64,000 nucleotides of DNA from an uncultured virus (IMG/VR IMGVR_UViG_3300043774_000843) (IMGVR_UViG_3300043774_000843); one strand, 5' to 3'; counted from the stretch's first letter, positions 37,388-48,845 are shown. Notes: a model not told the origin generated them from the letters alone. Program-made: numbers and translations.

Positions 37388-38133
37388 TTTAATTTTATAG
37401 TTTTTGATTTAATTAGATAAAAACCTAAACCAGTTAATCCAACTAATATTATTACAATAGGCATCCAATTTCTTTTTGTAAATTGAGCTGTTTCTATTAC
37501 TATATCTTTAAATTTTTTTTTAGCTTCTTCTATTGAGTAAGGAAAATAATCAAGTGAAAACACAGGATTTGATAGTGCTTTCATTGTATAATCTTTTGGA
37601 GTTCTAATACCTGCATTTGCTCTTTGAACATTTTCAGGAAATACATAATTAGGATTACTAACTGATACAGGATAAAATATAGTCATAAACAATTGCCCTT
37701 GCGTAAAGCTATCAGGCACTTTGCCATTTACTAATACTTTTCTTAAACCTCTACTCAAAAAGCCATCTACATATTCCATTTGCTCCTTGAAAGACATTTT
37801 TCTTAATTTATCAGTTCCAACAGCATCACTACCATCGGCTTTTGCATAAGTCATAGTTTTTCCTCCAATCTTTGTCATAAATTGAATTAAACCAGTTGCG
37901 CCTATGCTATTTGTTATTTCGGGATTAAAAGTTCCTGCCGATTCGTGTCGGAACAAGTTGATTAACCATTCAAAAGGCAAACCATACTTATCGGCTACAT
38001 CTGAAACTTTTTGTAAATCTGTTTTTGTTACGTTGTAAATGGGATAACCTCCATACTTATAACCTTGCTTTATTCGGTTTTGTATGTAGTCGTATGCTTT
38101 ATTTATAGATTCTTGCCTATTGTAAACACTCAC
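37384..38133 (-). CDS. Lysozyme-fold transglycosylase with C-terminal TM
   Basis: RHESAGTFNP, GATGLIQF; C-terminal TM plus basic tail. Confidence 0.75.
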   Translation of the reverse strand: MSVYNRQESINKAYDYIQNRIKQGYKYGGYPIYNVTKTDLQKVSDVADKYGLPFEWLINLFRHESAGTFNPEITNSIGATGLIQFMTKIGGKTMTYAKADGSDAVGTDKLRKMSFKEQMEYVDGFLSRGLRKVLVNGKVPDSFTQGQLFMTIFYPVSVSNPNYVFPENVQRANAGIRTPKDYTMKALSNPVFSLDYFPYSIEEAKKKFKDIVIETAQFTKRNWMPIVIILVGLTGLGFYLIKSKTIKLK

Positions 38134-38141
38134 TTTTACTA

Positions 38142-38315
38142 TTATTTATAACCTTCGTCTTTTAATTTCCTTAAAGATAGACGATTTACTTTAATTGACA
38201 AAGAAAAAGCATAAACACTTAATCCAAAAATTAAAACACCCATAGTAAAACCTATAATTTTACCTGCTTTACCTCCGTTTTGCTTAACTTGTTGTATTGC
38301 TATTTCGGGTGTCAT
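38142..38315 (-). CDS. 57-aa single-TM protein
   Basis: Hand translation MTPEIAIQ...IIGFTMGVLIFGLSVYAFSL... Confidence 0.55.
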   Translation of the reverse strand: MTPEIAIQQVKQNGGKAGKIIGFTMGVLIFGLSVYAFSLSIKVNRLSLRKLKDEGYK

Positions 38316-38317
38316 TA

Positions 38318-38683
38318 TTATTTTCTTTTACCGTTCATTTCAATAAGAATTTTCATCATTTCCTCTTGACTTTTTCTTATTTCTTTAATATCACTATTCA
38401 GATTTTCTATCTGCTCTTTATTTGAAGTCGTGTAAATTCCTGTTTCAGAAAGATTAATCTTTATTTCAGAAACATCTTTTTTTAGTTCTTTTATATCGTT
38501 TGCTGTTTCTGTTTTGTTCTCATTTAATTCTGATATATTATTAACAGTATTGTAATAAAAACTATAAGATGTTAAAAATGCTCCTATTATTGTTACTACT
38601 AATGCGCCAAGAATTGTTTTGACAAGATGATTTTGTAATGATTTAAAAGTCAATCTTTCATCAATTTCAACGGATTTGCTCAT
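38318..38683 (-). CDS. TM + coiled-coil protein
   Basis: TILGALVVTIIGAFL followed by heptad repeats. Confidence 0.6.
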   Translation of the reverse strand: MSKSVEIDERLTFKSLQNHLVKTILGALVVTIIGAFLTSYSFYYNTVNNISELNENKTETANDIKELKKDVSEIKINLSETGIYTTSNKEQIENLNSDIKEIRKSQEEMMKILIEMNGKRK

Positions 38684-38763
38684 ATTGTAAAGTTTTTTTT
38701 TCAAAAATAATTAAAAAAAACTATTGTATTATAATTTTTAAACTTTACGTTTTTTTTGTAAAA

Positions 38764-39600
38764 TCAAAAATAGTCGAAAGCATCATAAAACCATTTGAAG
38801 TTTGCTTTTACGTTTGATGAGATTGCAGTACCCAATAACTCATCGTAATCTTTTTTTAATGGCTGTATGTTTGGTTTAATTGTATGGTCGCCATAGATTC
38901 CAAAATCTGAAATTCTATCATTCTCAACGGTCATCTGCTTTATATTATTGTAATCTAATTCACAATAAGGTTCATCTATAAACTCATAAACTTTTTTCAT
39001 TGTTTCTTCGGGCTTCTTACTAAATTCCTCTGCACGAATAACAAGCATATTCTTTATTGTTTTAGTTTGAATGGCATTGAATATCCTTTTTAGTGCTATT
39101 CCGAGTGGGGGTTGATTCAACCATTGATTAACTCTTTGGTCTACCGTAATAAATTCTTGCTGTGCAGGATTATCTCTACTATCTAATATTGATGGATTTT
39201 CTCTCCACTTCTTTTCAAAAGATGATAATACAGCACGAATATCCCTAACCATAACAATTATTTTAGCATCAGGATTTATTTCCCATAAAAAAGGTGCGTA
39301 ATGAACCCAACCTCTGCTTTTATCCAAGTAAATTTCAGCACCCTCTTTTTGTTTGCACATATATTCAGCATAGCCTTTCATCCCCTCTCTGCAAAAGTTT
39401 AAAAAACTTTCGTGCATGACATCTTCGGTTAATGCTGATTTGACTTCTGGAGTGGAAGAATAGTTGCCACGACTTGAATAAATGTACTCCAATAAGGGTG
39501 AAGTTTCACCTCCAACTATTCTTGGGTTGTTTGCGAGTACGTTTGCCATAAGTGTCGTCATTGCTCTCGGCAAACCAGTAGTATATATTATTTTTTTCAT
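38764..39600 (-). CDS. Sulfotransferase-family protein
   Basis: GLPRAMTTL (5'-PSB-like), DKSRGW, KIIVMVRD...S. Confidence 0.85.
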   Translation of the reverse strand: MKKIIYTTGLPRAMTTLMANVLANNPRIVGGETSPLLEYIYSSRGNYSSTPEVKSALTEDVMHESFLNFCREGMKGYAEYMCKQKEGAEIYLDKSRGWVHYAPFLWEINPDAKIIVMVRDIRAVLSSFEKKWRENPSILDSRDNPAQQEFITVDQRVNQWLNQPPLGIALKRIFNAIQTKTIKNMLVIRAEEFSKKPEETMKKVYEFIDEPYCELDYNNIKQMTVENDRISDFGIYGDHTIKPNIQPLKKDYDELLGTAISSNVKANFKWFYDAFDYF

Positions 39601-39683
39601 AGTGTTTGATTGATTATTTCTTTGGTTTATAAAAATAGAAAAGTTTGCCACTAATTAGTAGCAAACCTTTTTATTTGATTTTT

Positions 39684-39998
39684 TTAATTTGCAGGTGCAG
39701 GTTCAGCATCATGCAAAGTTTTAAATTCTGCTTTTAAAGCATCTAACTTTGCACTATCAACATCAGCAAATTTTACAGAAAAACTACCCTCTTTTTCTTT
39801 TGATAAATAAGATACTTTTTGCCCATCAAAAATATTTATAGCATGATAATCCTTATCTTGAACATCAGCAGGTTTTTTAGATTTAATGTTATCTACTACT
39901 GCTTGTAATTTTGTAAATTTACTTTTATCTGTTTTGTAATTTACATCTTTGGAGATAATTTGTGCTTCTCCGTAACTGAAAATGTGAATTGTACTCAT
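39684..39998 (-). CDS. Hypothetical protein
   Basis: 104-aa ORF. Confidence 0.6.
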   Translation of the reverse strand: MSTIHIFSYGEAQIISKDVNYKTDKSKFTKLQAVVDNIKSKKPADVQDKDYHAINIFDGQKVSYLSKEKEGSFSVKFADVDSAKLDALKAEFKTLHDAEPAPAN

Positions 39999-40032
39999 TT
40001 TGTTTTTTTATTTTTATTATTTATTTTAATTG

Positions 40033-40950
40033 TTACTGAACAATATTTTTTAATCCTTGATTGGATAATGAATCTAATATTCTTTCTGCGCTGAATAATT
40101 TAGTTCCCTCTTTGAAAGGACACTGGTATATGTTTCCTGAAATATCATAAGGTTCAAGAAAACTATCGCCTAATACATCAATTTCATCTTCTACTTCGGT
40201 AACAATGTTATCGTGAATAGGATAACCTAAAATTTCAGGACTATTTCTTACCCACAATACAGTTGATGGTTTATCTAAAGCGCAAGCAATATGTTGGCAA
40301 ACAGAATCTATTAATAATCTTTTATCAGAGAATTTTACTAAAATCATTAATTCTCTCAAATTACCTTTAAATTGCTCAACATTAGGTAAAGCAAGTTGGT
40401 CATCTCTGCGAACTTGTATAATTCTATGTGTATTTCTAAATTTATCTACCACTTCGTTTGCAGTTCCATAAGGCATATCTCTCATCCAAGAAAATTTAAT
40501 ATCTTGAACAGCACCACCATTACTCTGAATTAAAAAGTATGGTTGATTAAATAAACCATATTTGTTAATGCAATAATCTACTTCTCTTTGATTAAAATAA
40601 ACTTGTGGTCTTTCACCATCGTATTTAACTCCAACAAGTGAACACCAAATATCAATTAAATGTTTCTTTTTAAGGATATAGTCATTTGTTGAATATGGCT
40701 CTAATCCGAAAATTTTAATGTTTTCTCTATCTTTTACAAAATCTAAATAGAAATTTTCAGTATTGCCAAAAGTATAAATTCTATAAACATCAGGATTATA
40801 CATCCAAATTTCTTTATAGGCAGTTACAACAATAATTTTAGCTTTTTCGTTTGATTTTTTAAGTGCATTTACGACTGCTGTGGCTAATACGTTTTTACCT
40901 GCACCTCCGTTTATTGTGAAAACATAGATTTGTTCGTCTTTACTTAACAT
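40033..40950 (-). CDS. GT-B glycosyltransferase (GT9-like)
   Basis: GGAGKNV, IDSVCQHIACALDKPSTVLW. Confidence 0.75.
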   Translation of the reverse strand: MLSKDEQIYVFTINGGAGKNVLATAVVNALKKSNEKAKIIVVTAYKEIWMYNPDVYRIYTFGNTENFYLDFVKDRENIKIFGLEPYSTNDYILKKKHLIDIWCSLVGVKYDGERPQVYFNQREVDYCINKYGLFNQPYFLIQSNGGAVQDIKFSWMRDMPYGTANEVVDKFRNTHRIIQVRRDDQLALPNVEQFKGNLRELMILVKFSDKRLLIDSVCQHIACALDKPSTVLWVRNSPEILGYPIHDNIVTEVEDEIDVLGDSFLEPYDISGNIYQCPFKEGTKLFSAERILDSLSNQGLKNIVQ

Positions 40951-41002
40951 AGTATTATGGTTTTTTCAAAAATAATAATTTTTTGAATATCTATTCCATA
41001 AC

Positions 41003-41875
41003 TTAATAAACTTTATTTAAAATGAAAATATCACTATAAATAGAGTTTCCTGCATTATTGCTACTCCATTGTGCAGTTACATCTAAAGTATTAGAAATGG
41101 TAGTATCAAATGTCGTGTTGTTTATGGTATTAAAACCATATCCTTCTTGTGTTCCACTCGCAAATTTCAAAATATGATATTCGCCTAAAGTAACAATACT
41201 TGCAACTCCTGCTGCTCCTATTGACCTTATTGTAAAGTTTAAAATTAAATTCCAAACTTGATTTATTATGTTGGGCAAAGTTATTGCTCCCGATGTAGCT
41301 AATACTACACTTCCTGCCTTAACTCTTATTGTTATAGTTTCATTATTTTGAGCAGACATAACACCCCCAAAATTTGCTTGAAAGCTATCGCCAACAGAAA
41401 ATCCATTTGCAGGTACAGACAAAGTTCCAACTCCGCCATTTATTAAAGTTCCTTCTGTCGTTGTTGCTGCAACTGGTGTGCTATTTGCTGTTTGTGCAAA
41501 CAAACCATAATTTGTTGTAGGAATTGGAGTTGGAATAATACCCCCTTGTAAAGTCCAAGTATTTGATGCTGTTTTAATTAGTTCACACATACAATATTGA
41601 GATGCCAAACTCAATATGCCTGACTGACTATTTATTGTAACTCCTAAACTTGCTAAAATAGATGTTTGTCCTACTCCTGATTGTAAAACATATATTCTTG
41701 TACCAATTAGAAAATCAACCGAACTATCATTGGGTATAGTAACTGTATTAGCAGTTGCTAAATCCATAATAATTAATTTCGATGGGTCGAAAATACCAAG
41801 AACATAATTACTTATTTGATTATTTATATGTAGATTTTGAGTTTCGTTAAACTCTATTCCATTAAATATTGGCAT
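41003..41875 (-). CDS. Structural/fibre-associated protein (N-terminal domain paralogous to 48846-49235)
   Basis: ANTVTIPND..VDFL.GTR.YVLQ.G.GQTSI shared. Confidence 0.6.
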   Translation of the reverse strand: MPIFNGIEFNETQNLHINNQISNYVLGIFDPSKLIIMDLATANTVTIPNDSSVDFLIGTRIYVLQSGVGQTSILASLGVTINSQSGILSLASQYCMCELIKTASNTWTLQGGIIPTPIPTTNYGLFAQTANSTPVAATTTEGTLINGGVGTLSVPANGFSVGDSFQANFGGVMSAQNNETITIRVKAGSVVLATSGAITLPNIINQVWNLILNFTIRSIGAAGVASIVTLGEYHILKFASGTQEGYGFNTINNTTFDTTISNTLDVTAQWSSNNAGNSIYSDIFILNKVY

Positions 41876-41890
41876 TTTTTATAATAAATT

Positions 41891-44800
41891 TTATATTGAT
41901 TTTATCATATTAGGGTCGCCAACTAAATATTTAGGTACTGAATATGCCATTTGATTTTGAACACTTGGGTCATTTTTCGCAACTCCATTAGGGGATTGAT
42001 TATTATATCTTATCCCTATATTTCTTGACTTTTTAGGTTGATTAGTTAATAACAATAATTGTTGAGGTCTTGTAAATGTTACACCATTCACATTAATAAA
42101 CTTTGCTATTTTCTCAAAATTATCAGTAAAAGTAACATTAAAATTAGTTGTTGAACTTGCTCCTACAATACTATTTTTATTTGGCAATCCACTAAAAAAC
42201 TCATTCATTGTCATAGTTGCTCCACTTGTAATAACTAAATTATTAAATGTCAATTTGTGCATATTAGTCAAGGCACAATTTGATGTTATATTTAAAGTGC
42301 CTTTAGCTATTGGAGAGTTTATATTTCCTGTATATTTTAAAGTAGCTTGTGAATAAGAATTTCCGTTAAATGTAACATTACCTAATATCTCCATTACAAA
42401 AGATATTCCTGCATTTAGGTTTGACCAACTACTATTATTTGCTAACTTAATCAATGTTGTGCCAAAACTTGAATTAAAAGCATCTTGCTTTTCTAAAACT
42501 TTTTTTACTATAACAGTACCATTGTTTAATCGTGTATTACCAGTAATAGCAGCTCCACCATTACTAAAGTATAAATTATCTATTTCAAAATTAGCAGTAG
42601 CAGGTAAGTTTACAATAACTCTTTGAGCAACATAAAAAGTTCCTGTGTTTAATATACCTCCACTTGTAAAAGAAAAATTTATATTAAAATTTGTAGCAGT
42701 TCCAATATTATAAAAAATCCAATAATTACAATTTATATTACTTAAAGAAGTTAATGTTGAACTTGAACCTGCTGTGTTATTATGATTAAAATATGTTATA
42801 CTATTCCAAAATAAATCATTAGTGTCAAGAGTTATACCTCCTGACCAAGTATTAGTAACATTTGTACCTATTAATAAATTTGCTGATGTAATTGTTCCTC
42901 CATTGGTATTACTATATGTTATTTTATTAATTATAAATCTAACATCTATGAAAAAATTACCAGTAGGATTTATTACAGTATCTATTTGATACCAAGTTGA
43001 GTTATTACCTGAAGCTACTGTTTGCCAATAACCTATCCCTTCAAATCTTAATTCTGCTGTTCCTGACAATGTTCCATTTGAACTTGTAGAGTTACAAGTC
43101 ATTCCACCATTTGCATAATATTTCCTGCCAACACCATTAATAGCGACACTCAAAGCTGTTCCTACCGATGGTGCTACTACATTTGTAAGTCCTATTGCAG
43201 TAAAATCACTTAGTAAAGTTATAGTTATATTTGAAAAAGTTACCTTATTCCATGTTGTTCCTAAAGTATTTAAAGATGGTGAACCTGTAAGATTTAAAGT
43301 ATTTGAATTAGTTGTAGAATCAATTGTTCCTGAAATATAAGTAAGTGTTCCCGTTCCATAATAAGTATTTGCACTTAATAATAATGTACTACCTACCGTT
43401 TTAGAAATTGTCAAAGGTGCAGATAAATAAGAAGTAGAAGTCCAAGTTTGTGAGCCACTACCATTAATAGCTATTGTAGATGCCCCACTTGTTGTTATAT
43501 TAATTGCTAAATTACCTTTAACATTTACAGTAAAAGCACCAGTAAAACTTACAGCAGTTGTATCTGTTGTTAAGTTTCCAAATGTTGCATTACTTGTTAA
43601 TGTTGTAGCGCCTCTTATTGTAACATCAGTACCCCATTGCCCACCAGCATTTAAGTTTAAAGTACAAGCTGAAAAAAAGCAAGAAGCTCCAGTTATTGTT
43701 CCTGAAGTATAAGTTACTGTTGTACTTGTAAATACGGGGCTACCAGCAAAAGTACAAGTGTTTAATCCATTGTCTATTTTTACTGGTATAGAATAAACAC
43801 CAGCATTTACACCTCCACCACCAACAGTAAAACCACTATTTCCTGCAAATATTATTGTGCAAGTTCCAGATATAGTAGATGTTCGTGTATTACCAAAATA
43901 AACTGCTCCATTTACAGTTATATTTCTGCTACCATTTAAAGTAACATTTCTTCTATTAGCACTACCACTATTGTCTGTATAAGTAAAAGTTGATACTGAT
44001 ATATCATTAGGTAATGTTATTGTAATTGTTGCTATTCCAGTGGCAGATGAGCTATTTGTAACGAAATCACCAGTTGGATTAAATCCTGCGCCACTAAAAG
44101 TTAATGTTAAAGCCCCACCTAATCCTGTTGCACTAAAAGTTCCTATTACATTAAAATTACTTGTCAATGTTAATGCTATTGTTCCACTATTTAAAGTAAC
44201 ATTGTTCCAATTTATTCCATTAGTATTTAATATTGTAGATGCGCCAATATTTAAAGTAGAGCTTCCTGCATTTACTGTTCCACCACTTGCAACATAAGTT
44301 AATGTTCCTGTATTATAATTTAGTGTTCCTGATAAAGTAAGAACACCACTTGATTTATCAATAGTAAAATCATTTCTAATCTGATGACTACCACTTGCTG
44401 TTAATGTTTGGGTAGCTGTACCAGTTATTTTTATAGCAGCACTGCCTGTATAAGTACCATTACCCGAAATAGTAACATTTCCAAATCCTTGAATTTCTTG
44501 TGTAGGGTCAAAAACATTATTCCTTGTTATTATAGGACTTGTAGTAGAAGATAATGTTAATAAAGCGTTTATTTTAAAAGTATCTAATAAACTAAGTTGC
44601 GGAGATGCTCCACCAATAGTTATTGGTATATTCCAATTAGTATTTGCTGTTGTTATACTTTGTGTTGTTGTGCCACCTATAATTATCCCACTTGTTCCTG
44701 CATAACTAAAAACTGATGCGCTTCTTGTTAGATTTCCAGTTATTGTAAGATTAGCATTAAAAGTTATAGTATTTGTATAACCTGTAAAATTTATATCAAC

Positions 44801-44944
44801 ACATTGAGCAGTAGCACTTATTGTTACTTGACCTGATGTATTATTTAAAATAACATTATCAGTAGTTAAAGGAACTACACCTCCTACCCAAGTAGAACCT
44901 ACATTCCAATTACCACCACCTGCTGCTGCTGTAATAGTAGCCAT
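41891..44944 (-). CDS. Large Thr/Gly/Asn/Ser-rich beta-solenoid, adhesin/spike-like
   Basis: GGNWN...TWVGGVVP start; repeated GTLTY.SG units. Confidence 0.6.
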   Translation of the reverse strand: MATITAAAGGGNWNVGSTWVGGVVPLTTDNVILNNTSGQVTISATAQCVDINFTGYTNTITFNANLTITGNLTRSASVFSYAGTSGIIIGGTTTQSITTANTNWNIPITIGGASPQLSLLDTFKINALLTLSSTTSPIITRNNVFDPTQEIQGFGNVTISGNGTYTGSAAIKITGTATQTLTASGSHQIRNDFTIDKSSGVLTLSGTLNYNTGTLTYVASGGTVNAGSSTLNIGASTILNTNGINWNNVTLNSGTIALTLTSNFNVIGTFSATGLGGALTLTFSGAGFNPTGDFVTNSSSATGIATITITLPNDISVSTFTYTDNSGSANRRNVTLNGSRNITVNGAVYFGNTRTSTISGTCTIIFAGNSGFTVGGGGVNAGVYSIPVKIDNGLNTCTFAGSPVFTSTTVTYTSGTITGASCFFSACTLNLNAGGQWGTDVTIRGATTLTSNATFGNLTTDTTAVSFTGAFTVNVKGNLAINITTSGASTIAINGSGSQTWTSTSYLSAPLTISKTVGSTLLLSANTYYGTGTLTYISGTIDSTTNSNTLNLTGSPSLNTLGTTWNKVTFSNITITLLSDFTAIGLTNVVAPSVGTALSVAINGVGRKYYANGGMTCNSTSSNGTLSGTAELRFEGIGYWQTVASGNNSTWYQIDTVINPTGNFFIDVRFIINKITYSNTNGGTITSANLLIGTNVTNTWSGGITLDTNDLFWNSITYFNHNNTAGSSSTLTSLSNINCNYWIFYNIGTATNFNINFSFTSGGILNTGTFYVAQRVIVNLPATANFEIDNLYFSNGGAAITGNTRLNNGTVIVKKVLEKQDAFNSSFGTTLIKLANNSSWSNLNAGISFVMEILGNVTFNGNSYSQATLKYTGNINSPIAKGTLNITSNCALTNMHKLTFNNLVITSGATMTMNEFFSGLPNKNSIVGASSTTNFNVTFTDNFEKIAKFINVNGVTFTRPQQLLLLTNQPKKSRNIGIRYNNQSPNGVAKNDPSVQNQMAYSVPKYLVGDPNMIKSI

Positions 44945-44954
44945 AACTTATAAT

Positions 44955-46169
44955 TTAATAATCCCCAGCAAAAGGACAAGCATCAATATTATCTGCGGTA
45001 GTCGCCCAGTTTGTAGAAGTTACTGATAAAACTTGACCTGATTGCATAATTAGAGGTTGGTCAAAAGTATAAATAGCAGTTGCTCCAATTTGAGTTGCAG
45101 ATTTTATTATCCCAGCAGGAAAAGCTAATTGCGCTACAAGTCGTATTGTAGCTCCTGTTGTAATAAAAATATTGATACGAGTAGCAGTTGATGCAGTTGT
45201 AGAAGCACCCGAATTGTTAAATCTGATACCATCTACCCTCGTTCCATTTGCTCCTGCTGTTACTAATGTAACTAAAGTTCCTGCTCCGCTATTATCGCTA
45301 TTAGCTGCTGCTATTCTTGCAGGTTGTAAATTACCTTGAAGAACAAAAATTGGTGTTGTATTTGCTGGCATCGCTTAAATTATTTGAGGGGGTTTGTTTT
45401 CGTTTTGATAATCTATTAATTCTTGTTCGCTAAACTCTTTTACAGTTATAGCAACATTATTGTTTTGCACTATTCTATTTATGTGTATTCCTTGAATACC
45501 AATAGGAGTTGCAGCTCCTTTAATTTCATAAGAGTAATACACTCCATCATCCCCTATATAGTCGCAAAGATATACAACTTCATCAGGTAATGGAACACTC
45601 TCAATTATATGCCCATCAGGCGCAGGATATGTCATCATTTTTTATATATTTTTTATTTTTAAAATTCAAATATAATTATAGTAATTGAATAAATTAACAG
45701 CAGGTGGAGCATAATTTTCAAATTTATTATCCACATATTCCTTTACTGCATTTTGTGTAGGATATAGAGTATTACTATTTCCTAAATTAATATCTGTTGA
45801 TTTATTAGCAACATTTTCAGGGGTAAACCCTAAAGCATTTTGTTTTCCATTAAAAGTATTCCAATCAGTTGAAGATAAATAACCATCAGTCGTGTTATTT
45901 GATTGTGAAATACTAATATCGGGAGTATCACCCCCACTCGAAGATAAAGGTTCAGTTGCAGTAACATCAGTAACAGTTCCGCTTCCTCCTCCACCTCCTA
46001 ATACTAACCAATTTGTGCCATTTGAATAATAATATTCTCCATTCCAATAAACAATTCGCTTGGTATTAGAACTTGCAGGGCTTTGCGTTATATCCAAAGT
46101 ATCAGCCTTTAGATTAACCACTTGGTTACTCTGCAAATCTACATTAACAAAAAATTTTCTTTCAGACAT
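44955..46169 (-). other. Three structural-module genes (44955-45371, 45375-45638, 45666-46169)
   Basis: MPANTTPIF...AGDY; 45666 has GYLSSTDWNTFNGKQ.ALGFTPENVANK and LYPTQNAVK.YVD fibre motifs. Confidence 0.6.
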
Positions 46170-46247
46170 TATTATTTATTTAACACAAATATATAAAAAA
46201 CGAAAAAAACTAAATCAATTTAATAATTAAGTTTTTTTTTTAAAAAT

Positions 46248-46273
46248 ATCCCCTCTATATTTCAAGAGGGGAT
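46248..46273 (-). terminator. Hairpin terminator after the 46284 gene
   Basis: ATCCCCTCT-N8-AGAGGGGAT. Confidence 0.55.
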
Positions 46274-46283
46274 TATTTAATTT

Positions 46284-48110
46284 TTATTTAGAAACACCTA
46301 CATTTACAGATGCAGGAGGAGCAATGTTAGATGCTAATATAATTGTATTCGCATTAGAAAATCGAACTGCAAATTCTACTAAGTCAAGTGAAACATAAGC
46401 AGATACTTTAGGAGTATCAGAGTTTAAATTATGAGTTACTTGTAAAGTGTAAACACCACCATTCTCTGTCCAATCAGCAGCAACAAATGTTCTACTAAAA
46501 ACCGCAGCACCTAATTGAGTATCTACATAGCTTTTAGTAGCAGCATCTTGAGCAGATGTTGGTTCTGCTAAGTTAATAATAGAATTGCTATTTGCATCTA
46601 AAGATGAGCCTAATGTAGCATCTGTAATTTCTGCCGCTGATATTGTATTGCCATCCATATCAAGACTACCTTCCATAGTACCACCAGTAAGTGATAATTT
46701 CAACGCGTCTTGGTTATCTACATATTTCTTATTAGCAGCATCTTGGGCAAATGTTGGGTCTGCTAAGTTGCTAATAGCTTGACTATTAGCATCTAAAGCA
46801 TTTGCTAATTTAGCATCATGAATAGGTGAAGCATTAGTATATATATCTCCACCTGCATTTACTGTTAAACCATTAGTATTAACACCATTAGCAGTAATAG
46901 TATTAGCATTACTAATATCACTACTACCCATGTCAATACCACCTGACACAGTAATAGCATTAACATTACCAATATCATTACCTCCCATGTCAATACTACC
47001 TGACATTGTACCACCAGTAAGTGATAATTTCAACGCATCTTGGTCATCTACATATTGTTTGTTGGTAGCAGCAGTTGGTTCTGTTGGGGTTGGTAAATTA
47101 GTGATATTATTACCATCTGCATTTAATGTATTGGTTAAAACTGCTGATGATAATCCTACACTGCTAATGCTATATCCGTTGGCATTGATACCACTTTGCA
47201 AAGTTATATTTCCACCATTTCCGCTTAAGCCATCAGTAGTTATACTGTTAGCATTACTAATATTATTACCGCCCATGTTAATACTACCTTCCATAGTACC
47301 ACCTAATAATGGTAATTTGTTAGTGGTATTATCATCTACATAACTTTTGTTTGCAGCATCAGCACCAGAAATCGGAGTAGGTAAATTGATAATAGTTGAA
47401 GTGTTACTGGCATTGATGTTGTTTATCAAATTTATATTTTGACCAGCTATACCACTTAAACTTCCAGCAGCTATATCATTAATATTGGTAATATCATTAC
47501 CGCCCATATCAAAATTGCCTTCCATTGCTTGACTGCCATCTCTTGCTAACTTATCTGATTCTAAAGCATCAATTGAGTTATTAATGGCAGTAAGTTGAGA
47601 AGAAGCAGCAAATGTAGCAGGAGTTAATACAACTGCTCCACCTTCTGTACCAGCATCAACTTCAGCTTGTGTAGCTAATCTTACAATACCATCAACAGTA
47701 TCAGTAGCAATAACTACATTACCTTGAAGAATTAACCAATCACCAATAGAAGCACCAGCGTCATTAACTGTTGCAATTAAAGAATCACCAACTTGAATAG
47801 CTTCACCTAAGAAAGTACCTGCTGCTGTTGCAACCCAAAAGTAACCTTTTTTAGCTGTACCATCAGCAATATTAGGAATGTTTGTTGTTGGGTCATAACC
47901 ACCTTGAAAGATAAGTCCACCTGTTACGGCTGAAATATCATTCATGTTCGCTACCAATTGAACAACTGAACCATTATAGTATTCTAATCTTGTTCCATTG
48001 TACTGAAATGAACCACCTTTGGTCATATCAGAATTTGAACCAATCGTTGCGTTATTTAACGCATTGCCTTGTAGATTAATATCTACAAAAAACTTTTTGT
48101 CTACTGCCAT
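46284..48110 (-). CDS. Tail-fibre/spike-like repeat protein
   Basis: Repeats of L.GGTM.G.IDMGGN.I and L..PT..DAA.K.YVD; GIVRLATQAEV. Confidence 0.75.
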   Translation of the reverse strand: MAVDKKFFVDINLQGNALNNATIGSNSDMTKGGSFQYNGTRLEYYNGSVVQLVANMNDISAVTGGLIFQGGYDPTTNIPNIADGTAKKGYFWVATAAGTFLGEAIQVGDSLIATVNDAGASIGDWLILQGNVVIATDTVDGIVRLATQAEVDAGTEGGAVVLTPATFAASSQLTAINNSIDALESDKLARDGSQAMEGNFDMGGNDITNINDIAAGSLSGIAGQNINLINNINASNTSTIINLPTPISGADAANKSYVDDNTTNKLPLLGGTMEGSINMGGNNISNANSITTDGLSGNGGNITLQSGINANGYSISSVGLSSAVLTNTLNADGNNITNLPTPTEPTAATNKQYVDDQDALKLSLTGGTMSGSIDMGGNDIGNVNAITVSGGIDMGSSDISNANTITANGVNTNGLTVNAGGDIYTNASPIHDAKLANALDANSQAISNLADPTFAQDAANKKYVDNQDALKLSLTGGTMEGSLDMDGNTISAAEITDATLGSSLDANSNSIINLAEPTSAQDAATKSYVDTQLGAAVFSRTFVAADWTENGGVYTLQVTHNLNSDTPKVSAYVSLDLVEFAVRFSNANTIILASNIAPPASVNVGVSK

Positions 48111-48182
48111 TTTTTTTGTTTTTTATTTGTTTTTTTTATTTATATTCCCTCACCATGAGGAAAATGTTTTTAATATTTTAAA

Positions 48183-48752
48183 TCAGTTACAATACACATA
48201 TCCCGTTATTGCTGAATTAAATTCAACTTTAACAGTATTATTATTTAACCAAGTTATATTACCAATTATCTCTTGAAAATCATTATCTACAATCTGAACC
48301 GCACATCTTTTATCTAAATTATGATTTACCACCCAACTACTTGCATTTGTAATTTGTTGATACACAAAATTTTTATCATTTCCTCCACCACCACCTGATG
48401 TAGTATAAGTGAAATTTGCGTTCCACAAGGTATCTGAAATAGGTTTTACAGTAACATTTCCATTATTTTGATTTATAACCAAATTAGAAATGTTATTAGA
48501 AAAAATTTCCCCTGAATTTGTGCTAATAGTTATATTATTAACAGATGCGTTATTTGATATATCTGTAACCGTTAAATTGAATACGCTACCGCCTAAATTA
48601 AATCCTGACCTCGAATTAAAGTTTATAATATCGCTTATTTTAGGGAGTATTAGATTAATAGCACCCGAAGATGTATCACATAATATATTGACATCCGAAA
48701 CAGATACATTTTGTGTACCTGCGTTTACTATTCGTGAATAAGGAAAAGTCAT
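48183..48752 (-). CDS. Structural protein
   Basis: CDTSSGAINLILP; C-terminal WVVNHNL domain related to the C-terminus of 46284. Confidence 0.6.
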   Translation of the reverse strand: MTFPYSRIVNAGTQNVSVSDVNILCDTSSGAINLILPKISDIINFNSRSGFNLGGSVFNLTVTDISNNASVNNITISTNSGEIFSNNISNLVINQNNGNVTVKPISDTLWNANFTYTTSGGGGGNDKNFVYQQITNASSWVVNHNLDKRCAVQIVDNDFQEIIGNITWLNNNTVKVEFNSAITGYVYCN

Positions 48753-48845
48753 TATTCTAAACTACTTTCAACAAAGTTAAGATAAAAAAAAATTGATTTT
48801 ATAACTTTATCCTATACGATAATTTAGTAAATATTGACAACAATA

